From positions 85,004,001-85,068,000 of the forward strand of contig NW_024704743.1 of NCBI RefSeq assembly GCF_018977255.1: a stretch of DNA of 64,000 bases. Reading direction: 5' to 3'. Shown here piece after piece: positions 26,585-40,235 of this stretch. Position 1 is the first letter of the stretch. Each line of letters starts with the position of its first letter. Both the position numbers and the translations under genes were made by a program. The DNA is from Callorhinchus milii. Taxonomy: Eukaryota. Under the pieces are notes generated by a model. That model was not told the origin of the DNA. It saw nothing but the letters and a program-made list of their open reading frames with translations, and did no database searches.

Positions 26585-28037
26585 AAAGGGCAGGTATTGC
26601 ATCTCCTGCACTGGCATGGGAAGGTGTTGGCAGGAGGAGAGGAACTGTTGGTGGTGATGGAGGAATGAACCAGGGAGTAACAGAGTGAACCATCCCTTCA
26701 GAATGCTGAGAGGGGAGGGGAGGCAAAGATACATTTAGTGGTTGGATCACGCTGGAGGTGCCGGAAATGGCAGAGAATTATTTGTTGGATGTTGAGGCCT
26801 GTGGATGGAAGGTGAGGACTAGAGGGACCCAATCACAATTCTGGAAAGAGGGAGAAGGAGTGAGGGCCGAGGTGCGGGAAATAGGATGGACACGGTCAAG
26901 GACCCTGTCTACTACAGGGATGGGAATCCTCAGTCGAGGGAAAAAGAAGACATTTCAGCTGCTCTGGAGTGAAAGATGGCATCGTCCGAGCAGATGCAGC
27001 AATGGCGGAGGAACTGGGAAAAGGGAATGGAGTCTTTACAGGAGGTTGGGTGGGAGGAGGTGTAATCCAGGTAACTGTGGGAGTTGGTGGGCTTGTAAAA
27101 GATTCTGTTGATAATCTATGCCCCAAGATGGAAATGGTGAAGTCGAGGAAGGGAAGAGAAGAGTAGGAGATGGACCATGTGAATGTTATGGAGGGGTGGA
27201 AGGTGGAAGCGATTTGGTGAATTTTTCCAGCTCACTGCGAGAGCAGGTAGCAGCCCCAACATAGTCATCAATGTATCTGAGGAACAGGTCAGGGAGTGGA
27301 CCTGAGTAGGCCCAGAACAAAGAATGTTCTAGGTGGCCAACAAACAGGCAGCCATAGCTGGGATCCATGCGGGTTCCCATAGCGACACTTTTTACTTGAA
27401 GGAAGTGGTTTGAGTTGAAGGTGAAGTTGTTCAATGTCAGAACAAGTTCAGCCAGGCGGAAGAGGGTGCTGGTGGATGGAGACTGGTTAGGCCGCTGTGC
27501 GAGATGGAAGCAGAGGGCCTGCAGACTGTCCTTGTGGCGGATGGAGATGTAGAGGGACTGAATGTCCATTGTAAATAGGAGATGGTCGGAGCCAGATAAC
27601 TGGAAATTTTTGAAGTGGCGGAAGGGGTCAGAAGAGTCCTGGATGTAGGTTGGTAGGGCCTGGTCAAGAGAAGCAAAAATGAAGTCCAGATATGAGGAGA
27701 TCAGTTTGGTGGGGTAGGAACAGGCTGAAATAATAGGTCTCCCTGGACATTCTTGTTTGTGGATCTTGGGGAGGAGACAGAGGCAGGCTGTGCATGGCTG
27801 GGGCGCTATGAGATTGGAGGCTGTGGGAGGAAGCTCCTCAGAGGAGATGAGGTCATTGACTGTTTCAGTGATGATGGCTTGGTATTCAGTTGTGGGGTCA
27901 TGGACCAGGGAGAAGTAGGAAGAGAGTTGAGAGAAATAAATGTCTTTTTGAAGCATTTTATCAAAATGTAATTAGCATCCAGAGCTATGACTGTATTTAT
28001 AGACAAACTTGGAAAGAGGACAGCCATTTTATATGGC

Positions 28038-28380
28038 AAACAACAACAACAAATTGCATTTACATGGCGCCTTTCACGTTGGGAAGACATCCCAAGGCGC
28101 TGGACGGTGAAGGGTTTGCACCCGAGTTGGGGGTTGGAATCAAGAGGGGTGGCGTGAGCAGATGAAGAGGAGGGTCTTAAGACAGGCCTTGAAGGAGGCA
28201 AGGGAGGGGGCGAGACCCAGTGTCTCTGGGATGGAGACCCATAGTGGGGTCACTAAGGTTGATGGCCCGACCACTGATGGTGGAGTGGACAGGACGGGGG
28301 TTGTGAAGCAGGATAGTGGACAGGTTGGTAAAGTTTTAGTAGGTTCTAGAGGTAGAGAGGAGCAAGACGGTGGAAGGCTT
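28038..28380 (-). mobile_element. L2 LINE 3' end
   Basis: (CAA)n tail, GGCGCCTTTCACGTTGGGAAGACATCCCAAGGCGCT stem-loop and the reverse of the FKACLKTLLF C-terminus. Confidence 0.85.
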
Positions 28381-28992
28381 TAACAACAACAACAAGATTC
28401 TATTTATAGAGTGCCTTTCACGTTAGGAGGAAGTCCCAAGGCGCTGGACAGTTGGATCAGGACCCGAGCAGGGGGGAAATGGTCAGAGTGAGGAGGGAAG
28501 GGAGGGAACGAGGAGGGGGTAGAGAGTTCGAGAGGGGAGCTGAAGTCACTCAGAGAGACTTAGAGTGAAAGCGCTTTGGGACGTCCTCCCAAAGTGAAAA
28601 GCGCTATATCAAATGCAAGGATTATTATTATTACATGGAGAGAGGCACTGGAAGGTATATTAAACTGCAATCACTCTAAAGCTATAACAACAACAAGATT
28701 CTCTCTCCTCGTTCCCTCCCTTCCCTCCTCACTCTGACCACTTCCCCCCTGCTCGGGTCCTGATCCAACTGTCCAGTCACTTAGAATGAAAGGCACTCTA
28801 ATAATAATAATAATAATAATCCTTGCATTTGATATAGCACTTTTCACGTCAGGAGGTCGTCCCAAAGTGCTTCACAGAACACACTGTAAAGTGAATTGAC
28901 TGTATATTTGTGTATATAAATGGAATCTTGTTGTTGTTGTAGCTTTAGAGTGATTGCAGTTTAATATACCTTCCAGTGCCTCTCTCCATGTA
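28381..28992. repeat. Complex inverted duplication of L2 tail, SINE tail and unique flank
   Basis: 28444-28515 is inverted at 28705-28776; 28632-28701 is inverted at 28923-28992; SINE tails lie at 28569-28633 (+) and 28801-28912 (-). Confidence 0.85.
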
Positions 28993-31144
28993 GCCATGTA
29001 TATGACCTTACTTTGTAAAACAAATCTGGGGACATATAACTGAACTCACCACAATTACTGATTGCGCCTTATCACCTCTTCACCACAATTCCAGTACTCA
29101 CCACAGTACTGGAGAAGCTTGTTGGATTAATGGCTGTATTTCTCTGAGGAGGGTATCTATTTTAGAATTGCATTGTTCTTGCTCAGTTTATTGCTGAACT
29201 TGACAGGGCAAATTTGGTCAGGGATTCAATACCTCATTCAGGGACTGTCCTTGGAAATCGGGGACATCTGGTCACCCTACATTTTGAAAGAAGGTCAGAC
29301 CTTTACACCACATTGTCTCTGTGTGATCTGGCTACTTCAGGTGGTGGCCACATCTCTGCAATCAATGAAAATATTTTGATCTGGAATTTTACATCCAGTA
29401 CTTTGTTAGTGTTTTGAGCTGCCCAGCGGAATATCAGCCCTCGATGCTTCCTCTGAGACAAGGAGGGTTAGGTCAACCTATGCCGACCTCATAGATTTCC
29501 TAGCGGCCATTTCAAAAACAGAAGTTCCTGGGAATAGGTCAAATAATTGCCCTTTAATTCAGTAACTTTTGTGGAGCAATCTAAAGAACCAAAATAGCAT
29601 ACAAAAAGGGAAGGGAAAAGTTTTTATTTCTTATTTTCCATCTGCCCTGTTAATACATCTCCAAGTGATGTGCCATCTAATAACTTAAAGACAAATTTTG
29701 AATGTGTTCCAAGCTTAACAAGTGACTTCCTCTCCTCCTTCCTCATCCTCTGAGTTCATTTTCAAAACCAGATATGCTGGAAACTGCCAGTTTGTTGGAT
29801 GTGCATCAGTAAATAGGAACAGGAGTACAAACCTGATAAGAGATTTTCTCATCAAACTCCCTAGATTCTTTTGACATGAGTCAGTCCTGAAATTCAACAC
29901 AGTCTTAGCCTGTTAAGACCATTTAGTCTGAGCATTATAAGATCATAATAATCTATTAATAATAATCTATTTGGTATAGGGCCTTATCATGTCTTCAAGA
30001 CAAAGTGCTTCACAGAATATACTGTAAAGTGACTGTATATCTTGTGGGCGAAACACGACAGCCAATTGGGCACAGCAGTGTTCCACAAACAGTCATGGAT
30101 TGAGTGACCAAATAATTATTATTAAAGATCATGCAGAATTTTAAAAATTCTTAAATTAAGTCTTAAATTAGTTTTCTACAATTCTATATTTCACATTTCC
30201 AGTATTTGCAGTTTTCTTTGTATGTCTCTAAATGAACATTGAATATATTTTCTTATAAGTCTCCATATGAACTTCATCCCCAGCCCAGGTGCGAACCTTA
30301 GGCTCTCCAGCACTTTGTGACATATCCTGATGTGAAAGGTGCTATATAAATTTTAAATTTGTATTGTTGTATTGTATTGCTGAAGCATAAAGCCACAAAT
30401 TTAGCATAGTTTGCAATTGCCATTTCAGACTTCGGTATATTCAAACATACATATGAGTTTTCCAACACTGGTTTGCCTTTTGAAATTTTTTTAATATGAG
30501 AACTTTCAGCGCCTTGGGATGTCCTCCCAACTGAAAAATGTAATCTTATTATACAAGATTTATTAAAAGACATTTATACAAGTGTAATCTTTTTGTTGTT
30601 GTTGCCAATGTGGATTCAATGGTTACTGATACATCAAGAAACAAATTTTAAACGTTTTCAGTTACTTCCTGTTATTAAAACTCTTAAGTCTCAGACTTAC
30701 TGAGTTCAAATTGAAATAGTAGTCTTGATTTTTTTTGGAAAAATATTGTAATTATATTTCTTCCTTTCTCTTTCCACATGGCATCTGGAACCAGACAGTG
30801 GGAGGGTAACCACTTTGCACTCCTCTCTCTCTGCATATTTTTACATTGCACATTTGATTTAAAAAGTAGAAGTCACTTAGCGATATCTCGGTCTGTCAGT
30901 GCTGCATAAGTTGCCAAATATACCCTGCTCTGCAGATGGAGCAGAGCCAGTGGCAACAGGGCAACAATTGTACATCTACAAATGTGATGTATATTCCACA
31001 ATCTTTGGAGAATGTCTATACAGGCCAAGATACAAAAAAACAATGGTATGCGGAGTAGCCTTGAAGTGACCAACCTCCACCCCACAAACACGTACACATA
31101 CACAAAGACCTGCTCCAACTCAACTGATTTACAGTCATATATTC

Positions 31145-31810
31145 TGTCTTGGGTGGCGACACTCATGCATGGAGTGCTGGGAAAGGAAAGATCGGAACTG
31201 GGAAGCAATGACTCACTACAGTACATTAGAGAGAAAAGGCAGGTCAGAGATGGGTCAATAATTTGAGGACATGGAAAGGTCAAGATGGGCTTTTGTGAGG
31301 TGGGGGGCGGGAGGCGGGTGGGGGTGGAGAGTGATGGCAGCGGCTTTGAAAGAAATGGGAAGTGCACCCAGCAGAGATGGCAAGGTTCACAAAGTCTGCT
31401 AGCTAAGGATCAAGGAAGTGAAGTTGAGTGGTTGAGAGAGGGCTGGAGATAGGGTGAAGGAAGCAGATGGTGGCTATCCTGTGGGAGTTGAGGTAGGAGA
31501 GAGAGATGAAGGAAGAAACAGAGTCAGAGGTATGGAGGGAGGGGAAGGGAGGGGTTAATGGGGGCCCAGCATGCAGAGGCAGCAGAGCAGAAAAAGTCCA
31601 TCATCTCCTCTCATTTGGAGTTGGAGGAGAGAATGTGCAAGTCATGGAAACATGGGCAAAGGTAGTGGTTTGGATGGAGAAGAGGAGGCTGGGGTAGTGC
31701 TTAGCCAGGGTGTTCCTGGAGAAGAAGGATAATTTGGCTGAGGTACATTTGGAGTAAGGTTTTAGTATGATTCAGCCAGATCTGGGGGTGGATCATGAGT
31801 CTGGATTTAA
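31145..31810 (-). mobile_element. Degenerate L2 LINE internal fragment
   Basis: Purine-rich on the + strand; includes AGAAAAGGCAGGTCAGAGATGGGTC (reverse of an L2 ..PISxLPFLS motif). Confidence 0.65.
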
Positions 31811-31821
31811 GTGACAAGATA

Positions 31822-32082
31822 AGTGCCTCCATTCCACCATCAGTGGCCGTGCCTTCAGCCACAATGCCCCGAAACTCTGGAAATCTCTCCCTCAATCCCT
31901 CCGCCTTGCCCCCTTTCTCCCTACCTTCAAACCCTCCTAAAGACCTTCCTTTTTGATCGTGCTTATGGTCACCTACCCCCTCCCTCTCCCGCTGGCTCAT
32001 TGTCAGACTCTGCCACAGTCAAGTGATCCGGGATGCTACCCTGCATGAAGGTCGTTATATAAATGCAAGTAGTAGTAGTAGT
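31822..32082 (+). mobile_element. L2 LINE 3' end
   Basis: STISGRAFSHNAPKLWKSLP...FKPS/KTFLFDRAY, followed by a stem-loop remnant and (GTA)n tail. Confidence 0.85.
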
Positions 32083-32729
32083 ATGGAGAGGCTGAGCACT
32101 CCTAAGATATTGATTCCTGAAGTGATCCCCTTCCCAAGAAACTGTCCCAAACCAGTTGATTAGAAAATCAACGTATCAAATACCACATTGATCCTACAAC
32201 ATTCCTTAAGATCGCATTGTTGTTAATCTAGAGTGTTTCTCAAGATAACCATCTAATACATAATATTAGTGGGTATACATTATGAATGTTTTTTCAAACA
32301 TTTTCTATTCCTCTGCCTCAAAAGCTTAAAAGAACCCTAACCTTAAACATTAACGAATACAGAGTTGAATCTAGTCAAATCAACTGGCTATGCTCAATGT
32401 TCATCTCCTTTGGAAACCATTATCCCAATACCCAGGCATCTACCCTCTGCATACGACATATTAATAATAATAAACAGCATTTACATATCCCTCTGGTGCA
32501 CATTTAATTTTAAGCAAAAGTGATCATTCAGGTATTCTAACACACTTCTCAACTTTGTACTTCATTGATCAAGAAGGTGCTTTGTGCAGGAGAAAGGTCA
32601 TCTTGTTAAAGCCTAAAGAGCTGAATTTTCCACCTTAGCCTTCCAAATTCTATTCTTTGTTGCTGCTGGCAGCAGCTTATATTGGAGCACACTGGAGGGA
32701 GAGAGCAAGAAAGCCTACATTTCAATTTT

Positions 32730-33120
32730 AAGCATTTAATTGCCAATTAACAGCAGTTTCAAAAGACAGTCTCTGTTAGAGCTCATATGGCCAACATGAA
32801 CCATATTTATAAAACATTCACTGCAGTCGAGATCAAGGCTGCAGCACGTCAAGAGTGAACAAAACAGATGCAGAATCGTCTTGGGTGCGGTAACATTACC
32901 GTGGTCTGTAATGCAACACTTGTGGCAATTAGTACAAGTCTGCACTTTCCATTTACAATTAGACCCAGATGTAACGGATTAGAGGGTAGGGCCCAACCAA
33001 AATAAACCAGCCTGCTATATTCCAGGTTAAGTAACCGCTCACTTCCACATTCAATGCACAATTGAATTAGGCTTAAACCCACCATTGCCACACTGGGCGT
33101 TTAATATTCATGCCACATTT
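32730..33120. promoter_or_regulatory. Candidate conserved non-coding element / enhancer
   Basis: Unique, CpG-retaining block with TTTAATTGCCAATTAA, GCAATTAG, ACAATTAG, CAATTGAATTAG and TTTATAAAA motifs. Confidence 0.35.
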
Positions 33121-34349
33121 AAAAGTTTAGAAACTTCTCAAGCAAGAAGAGTGTTGGGTTTTGGTTATTGATGCTTTTGAGAGGGCTAAAGAGTTCTAGG
33201 AGAAGGAGAGATTTTTTTTGAGAGGATCTGCGAGTCAAGAACCATCTTCAGTGCTTGACAGAATGGCAGTGTTGACAGCAGTTCCCTCATGATGTCTTAC
33301 TGACATCTGTTCAATAGTAACCTGGAATTGCATTCATTAATAGTCAAATGTAAGTATTGTATGACAGCTGTGAAGGTAAGCCCAGCTATGAACATTTATA
33401 CGAAAGGCTACTTCCAGGCAGCAGGGAATAATTACACTTATATCTTGTATTTCACTGTGTCAGATTGCATCCAAGCAGTAAGTGATCCAGAGGATATCCA
33501 GAGCTGTATCTTTCCAAAACCTAAAAGATTGAACATTACCATATTTTCGTCACTATTGCTTGATGTTCATTGTTTCTCGTGGATTGCCAACTGTTCCACC
33601 TGGAGATACAGGCATGTGGACACTGTGTCATTTTATATAACAGTCTGGAGGCATTTGATTCAATGAATATGTAGGTGGGAAGTAAAATTGCATTGGATTG
33701 AAGAGGCATTCCTCGGTAAACGAAAATCATATTGGCATTTTACTGCAGAGAAATCCTTATATGCCATGTCAACTCATAAGATCTCCAGCTATGGCCAAGA
33801 AGTGCTTTTAACATCAGTATCCGATATCATGTTTCACTCAAATTCCTAGGCCCAAATAGTGCCATGTTAATTCTAAATAGATCACTGATTTTGTATTTCT
33901 ATGGCAATGGAAGGCTCACAATGCCTACCCATAATCCACAAGCAACAAATTGCATCTACCACTAACACTGATATATTCAAACAATGATTCTGGTAGATTT
34001 GTGTCTAGAGCCTGGGAGAGCATTAAGAGAGTGAAAACTGCTGAGAGATCGAGAATTTAATGTCTAGAAAGACATTGGAAGTCAGCGGTAACTTGTTGCT
34101 GAAGTTACACAGTCTCAGATGGAGCATAAACTCTTCATAAAATTGGCAGAATGTCAGAAATAACTATCTTGCAGGATGAGGAAAAGCCCAAGTTAATTGG
34201 AGATGACTTGAGTGCTTGCTTGCCTGAAGTCAACTAAGAAACTGAACGAACACACAGAGATTTGCTATTGTGTTCCTAATGATTTGGGAATTAGCCCAGC
34301 CACTGGGACCACCTTCACAAACTAGTTTTGGCAGCATGGTAATTCACAG

Positions 34350-34640
34350 TAATAATAATTCTTACATTTGATATAGCATCTTTCACATCAGGAGGATGTC
34401 TCAAAGCACTTCACAGGATGTAGTAATAATAAGCCTATAATCCTTCCATTCGATGCAGTGCCTTATCATATTGTTGAGATGCCTCAAAGCCCTTCACAGG
34501 ATATACGGTAAAGTGCTGTTACTAGATATATTTTGTGGACAAATGCGACAGCCAATTTGCACACAGCAATAACCCACAAACAGCAATGGAGTGAGTAATC
34601 AATTTTATTTGGGGGTTTGTAGCCCAGGACACCAGAAGAA
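34350..34640 (-). mobile_element. DeuSINE 3' half with duplicated tail
   Basis: Two (TAA)n-led tails and reverse Deu motif GACAGCCAATTTGCACACAGCAATAACCCACAAACAGC. Confidence 0.75.
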
Positions 34641-34659
34641 ACTGTTAGCCTGGCTGTAC

Positions 34660-35157
34660 GTCAGCCTGGCTCAGTGGTAGCACTCTCACCTTTGAGCTGC
34701 AAGGTTTTGGGTTCAAGCCCCATATCAAGGCTTGGAATTACATAGTCTAAAAGCAGATGTTCCAATGCAGTGCTGGGGTGTGTTGCACCTTGGGATATCC
34801 CCCCCGACTTGAAAGGCACTTTACAAATGTAATTTGTTGTTTCGTCGTTGTAGGTGCCATCCTGCGGTTGAGACATTAAACTAAGGTCCTGTCTGCCTGT
34901 TCAAGTGGAAGTTAAAGATCCCGTGGCACTATTACAAAAGAGAAAGGATTTCCTCCCAGTGTCCTGGCCATCAACCCCCCAAATAAAATCGGTCACTCAC
35001 TGCATGGCTGTTTGTGGGACATTGTTATGCGCAACTGTCTGCTGTGTTTCGCCCACAAAATACATTCAATTCACTTTACAGTAGATCCTGTCAAGCGCTT
35101 TGAGACATCTCGACGATGTGATAAGGCACCATATCAAATGCAAGGATTATATTATAA
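34660..35157 (+). mobile_element. Full-length older DeuSINE (SacSINE1-like) with an inserted L2 tail
   Basis: tRNA-like head TGGCTCAGTGGTAGCAC...GGGTTCAAGCCC, family body, Deu domain and TTA tail. An L2 tail is inserted at about 34790-34850. Confidence 0.85.
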
Positions 35158-36324
35158 TAACTCTTTTCTACAATGGGACCTTGATTGAACATCTCAGCCA
35201 AAGGCTGGCACCACCAACAATGTCAATCCCTCTCTGAATGGATGAAGGTACGTTTAGTTCTGCAAATTCCTTTGCCTTTGAAGTTCCAATTCTGTTCCTC
35301 ATCTGTTGACTCTATTGTATCTCATATCACTAATATTTTCCACAAAACACTGCTTTTAAACCTCTTTAAAGCCCAGCAGTGGAAGAGAAACTCAACCAGC
35401 ACAAAACCAGGTCATGTAACACTTTCTTGCTTCTAACCATGAAAGAAGATTGTCTAGTTAGATGTCAGGTTTAGCAATTCAAAACATCATATTTTTTAAA
35501 AAATGGTTTTAATTTTTATTTTGCTTCTAACCTACAGAGTTTGATGGATTATTGGAAAGGGATAGAAAGAGTTCATGCAGGGATGGTGTGTGCAATTTGG
35601 CTGTAAAGCAAAGTAAATCTCGATTTTAAATGTATCAACTCGCAGAAGGAAATGGCTAAAATTATGTGTTTAACAGGAACAAATAGAATTGAGTGTGGAA
35701 GAAAGTGGTTGAGAATTTAAAATTTCTATTTACTTGACAGCAATATTTACGTACCTGACAATTGCTGAAGTAGAGTGGATTACACTAAACACACAAGTAA
35801 AACAAGTATCATTCATATCAATTTTACTGCAGTTTTTTAAGACATATTAGAGAAAAACAGATCTGCATTTTCTCTAAAACATGTACAGAGGAGAGGAAGA
35901 GGAGGTAAGGGGGAATCTCTTTGGAGCTGAACCGGCTCTGGGATGACATGTTTGGCAACTGAATGTCAGAATCAAACCCACCCACTGTGGCGGTCTTGCT
36001 AATCTAGTTCCTGAGCCAGGCTGGACCATAGTATTCCAGGGCATTGACAGTCCAGCCAGACTGGCTCATCAGTAGGACTTGGAGGGGCAGACTAGTCACT
36101 GGGGGTAGGGATTCGTCACTCTCAGCTCCTGTTAACCTTGCAAGCCAAAAGATGGTGCTTATTATTCCCTGGGCCATTGAGGTACCTATAACTGGCTCTT
36201 TAAATTTCTTTAAAAAATGGTGCCTTAAAAGTAATCTATTTGGATTGCTTAACAATGTTAAGGAACCAATTCTGAGCAGAGCCACACTGCATTCATACAT
36301 TTACATCATCCTTTTACACTGTGT

Positions 36325-36750
36325 GTCAGCCTGACTCAGTTGGTAGTATTCCTGGCCTCTGAATCAGAAGGTTGTGAGTTTAAGCCCCATGTTGGGACGT
36401 GGAACTCGTATTCTAGTCTAATATTCCAATTCAGTGCTGGGTAGTGCTGTACTGTTGAGGTTCCGTCCTTTGGATGATTTGTTAAACCAACGTCCCGTCT
36501 GCCGGTTCAGGTGGACTATTGAAAAAGAGAAGGGAATTTCTCCCGGTTTCCTTGCCTACAATCACCCAGATAAAATTGTTCATTCACTTCATGCTTGTTG
36601 GATTAGTGCTATATACAAATTAGTGCCCACTTTCATCTAAAAAATAAACAAATCTATAATAATTCCTGCGAAGTGCTTTGAGACTTTTCAACTACATGAT
36701 AAGGCATTATATCAAAAGGAAAGATTATTATTATGATGATGATTATTATT
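36325..36750 (+). mobile_element. Full-length older DeuSINE
   Basis: Collinear with 34660-35157 from GTCAGCCTGACTCAGTTGGTAG to the ATTATT tail. Confidence 0.8.
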
Positions 36751-39284
36751 ATTGATATAGCACCTTATCACAATGTCTCAAAGTGCTTCACAAGATTTTA
36801 ATGTGAAGTGTATTGACTGTATTTTGCAGGCAAACGTTTTCTAATACATGGGTGTTGGGGACTAACTTATAGAGAATTCACGCGATTCTGTATTGGTTTT
36901 GGACAAAGCTGAACCTAAGAGGTGAGGTCATGCACACATATATAAGCCAATCAAGGTCCCATCAACATCTGCAACTCATCTCCTGTGTATAATATACACT
37001 TGTTACTTTATTTTCAAATATTTATCTTTATGTAAAATGGAAGAAGGCAATTAGAATGAGGGGAAGGTACAGGTAGGGCCATGTAAAGTAGAATAACTTT
37101 CTGTGTATATATGTATGTTGGGTGGTTAGCTAATATAGCGTATGTTACCAGTCAACAGCAATCTGTCAACTGAGGTGTAGAATTACAGAGAAGTATCATG
37201 TTCAGGGGCTATAGCAATAGCACTTTTTCTCAGAATAAAATGAGTCAAATGACTGTATTTTTCCTAAGTCCTCTGAACTGTTACTGTGTCAGAATTTAGA
37301 GAGTGTTTAGATGCCATCTTATTGTAGTTTCTGTGGTGACACAAAACCATTGCTCTTTTTGATGGTTTCCTTCCTTTTTTGAGACATTCCAGTATGGCCA
37401 CATCAAATTTTTGTGAAAATATAGCACAAAGCACATAGTGTTCCTCATATAAAAGGTACGGATGGTTGTATGGCTAGTTTCATTCCATTCAGAGTCAAGC
37501 TTTTTTGCCTGTCGCAGTTTTCCTGGTAGTCAATCTCTGGTGTGTGATGATTTGAAGGAAAGATTACCGATTGTGATGTACACACTGCAAGTGTACCAAT
37601 TTGACAATTTAGTCCATGTGCCCTTAAACCAATATTTTCTTCTTATAGCAGCTCTTGACATCTGCAAAATCTTTCCAGTTACTGAAACATTTCATGAGCA
37701 ATGCTGTTTATTTTTGATCTGAGTTTGTGACTATCTTAACCTTCTTGTTACTTTAGTGCATATCTATAGCTTGAGTTCTTGTAGTTTTATATTCATTATC
37801 CTTCCTGATTGAGAATTTTTTTTATCATTTCTTCCTCTCTTTCGGACAGTAACAATAGTACCTTTAGAAAGTCTGTATTGTACAGGTGCATTCAGTGTAA
37901 ATGTGCGCTGCCTCACTGTGTAAATACCTCAGCATTTTACAAGTGGTCACCTTTCATTGCCTGGAATACTTGTGTGTGAGCAGCTTTATCATTTAATTAT
38001 AGGATACCTTAACTGTCTGCAATAAGCAGATAAACAAATAACCCAAAGTCAACGCTGTAAACCTGCAGTCTCCCATCAGTGCATTCAGTTTCTTTTAGGA
38101 ATCTGCTCTGGACATTTTCAGAACTGGAAACTAATTAAAGCTGCAATATCCATAACGCTGCTATTTGATTATGACAAGAATTTCTATTTAGTTAGAATGT
38201 TGAACATGAAAGTTCCCACAGCACTACCATTGTAAATTCAAGATAAAGCATTATTGCATCGTAAAACACACATGTCCTGACTTTTGGAGCTTAATTAACT
38301 GTGTCTTTTGTTTTCTGTAACAATCTACAGCAGATAAGTGTCCACAGTCATTTCCGTGTGGTGCACCAAAGAAATATATTTTTACTTAGCAACTGAGTTC
38401 AGAGTCAATTGCTAAACCAAAAGTAATGCAAATTCAGCCAATTTGGATTAATTCATAAATTCTAAATTTAGCTCATTTCAGAACATTTGAGGGTAGAAGT
38501 TACACACAATGTAATTTTCCTTGAATTGGGATGAATTTCCCTGCAGTTATAGCCTAAAGCCAAGGCAACAAAACTATGTTTTATTCTTTATTTTTTGCTA
38601 CTTCCATGATCCAGTGGAAGGAGTCAGGTTTCTGATTGCCTAGAAGACAGTTTACATCCATTTCCACTCTTGGTGAAGAGGGGACATTCCAATCTTCCAA
38701 TCCCTGGAAGTCTAGTTGTGTTTGCCAGCTTTTCTGGTTGTCTGATCAGTTTGGTGAAGAGTTTGTATGTGAATTGAATGTTAAATATTGAGCACTGATT
38801 ATCAGTCCAAACTTCTCAGTGGCACGATGAGTGGAGGAGGGGCGGGGGCCGAAACATGGATATTTTTCCCTGCAGTCTACAAAGGTCTTCATGCCAGTGA
38901 AATAAGAACTATGATTTCAGCTGTGCTAATATCTTTATCTTGTACTTCCAAATCCTAAAGCCAATAAAAATATTGCTCTTAATAACATGATTCTGAGCTG
39001 GGAAACCATGTTACATTTAAAAATCACATTTTCTGTAGTTTTTCACAACAATACCTCCTGCATAAGAGAACACATGGATACATGCATCAGTGGAATCTTC
39101 CCATTTATGAAGTAGGCTATTTTGAAAGAAAGAATAAGGAAAGGAAACATTGTATGTCTTAAATGATAAAGTTTAAATGGAGTAGGAGAACGTAGAGGTA
39201 ACTTGGTGGGGCAGATTTGTAACATCATTGAAAGTAGAAAATTACAAGTAGATAAGGTTATAAAAAAAGTTACAAAAGAATTAC

Positions 39285-39745
39285 AAATGAAGCCCATTTC
39301 ATCTCATCCTTCCAGAATACAACCCTAAACCTGTGTCTTCTTGTTCTGCTAGCTCGGTGTAACCAAAAGTATTGTTCTGTGTTTACCTTCTCAATCCCAT
39401 TCAAAATCTAATACAAAATATAATAATTTAAAATATACTTCTAGAAGGTCCAATCTGAGATAGCTTCATTTAAGAATGAAGAGCATTAGTTGTTTAATCT
39501 TTGCTCATAGCTTATTCCTCAAACACCGGCGATCATCCTCAATGCTCTACAGGACCTGGTCAGCCCCCTTAGGGGTAGCGACAAGAACTGTACAAATCCC
39601 TGAGGCACCCTGTCTCTACACTTTTGACTTGCTCCTTTAACATCTAAGCTTTCTTTGCTTCAACCAATTTCAAATCCACTTCAATGTCTTATATTTGATA
39701 CCCAGTGACATCAGTTTGTGAAGGAACCTTTCATGTGGTACTCTG
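39285..39745 (-). mobile_element. Degenerate CR1 fragment
   Basis: Minus strand RVPHERFLHKLMSLGIKYKTLKWI (CR1 RT); 3' motif TCATCCTTCCAGAATAC shared with 52280. Confidence 0.6.
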
Positions 39746-39921
39746 TTTTTTGATTCAGGGGAAAGAATACTACCAATTGAGCTGGGCAGACACATAAGAG
39801 ATATATATCTGTACAGCCACTTTTTGGGGGGGTGATGGGGGGGCCAGGGATACGACTGCCTGCTCACATGCAATTGAGATGCCAAAAGTGTTGGGAAAAT
39901 AATTTGTTCAAATATGACGTA

Positions 39922-40235
39922 TGTTCAAGCCCCATGTCAGGATTTGAGCCTCACAGTCTAGGCTGACATTTAATTGTAGTGCTGGGGAAGGGGCTGCATT
40001 GTGCCATCCCTGAGATGGTCTCATTTGCCTGTTCTTCAGATAGATGCTCACAATCCTAATACTTTTTAAAAGAGAAGGGAGTTTTTCCCGGTGTCCTGAC
40101 AATCCTCCAGATAAATTGGTCATTTATCTCAAAGATCTTTATAAAACCCTTTGGTGTGCAAATGGTTGTCAGGTTTAAACACTTTGAGATGTTTCAGTCT
40201 TATAGGGACTATATCAAATACAAAGATTATTATAA
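39922..40235 (+). mobile_element. Old DeuSINE copy
   Basis: GTTCAAGCCCCATG...GGTGTCCTGACAATCCTCCAGATAAATTGGTCA...AGATTATTAT. Confidence 0.7.

Larger units (their letters stand above)
25538..27923 (-). mobile_element. Penelope-like retroelement (RT + GIY-YIG endonuclease), 5'-truncated and frameshifted
   Basis: ORF 27186-27956: LPKIHK..PGRPIIS, MDIQSLY, AMGTRM.PSY, FLRYIDD. Minus 26090-26260 reads FTCTTTNVVYCIRCS*CCLLY/GETKCRLGDRFAE (GIY-YIG). Flanked by an 11-bp direct repeat GAGTTGAGAGA (25527-25537, 27924-27934). Confidence 0.95.

Noticed and set aside
27186..27956. Intact or domesticated RT gene, retron or telomerase
   Set aside because: 5'-truncated Penelope RT with downstream frameshifts, a stop in the endonuclease and a SINE insertion.
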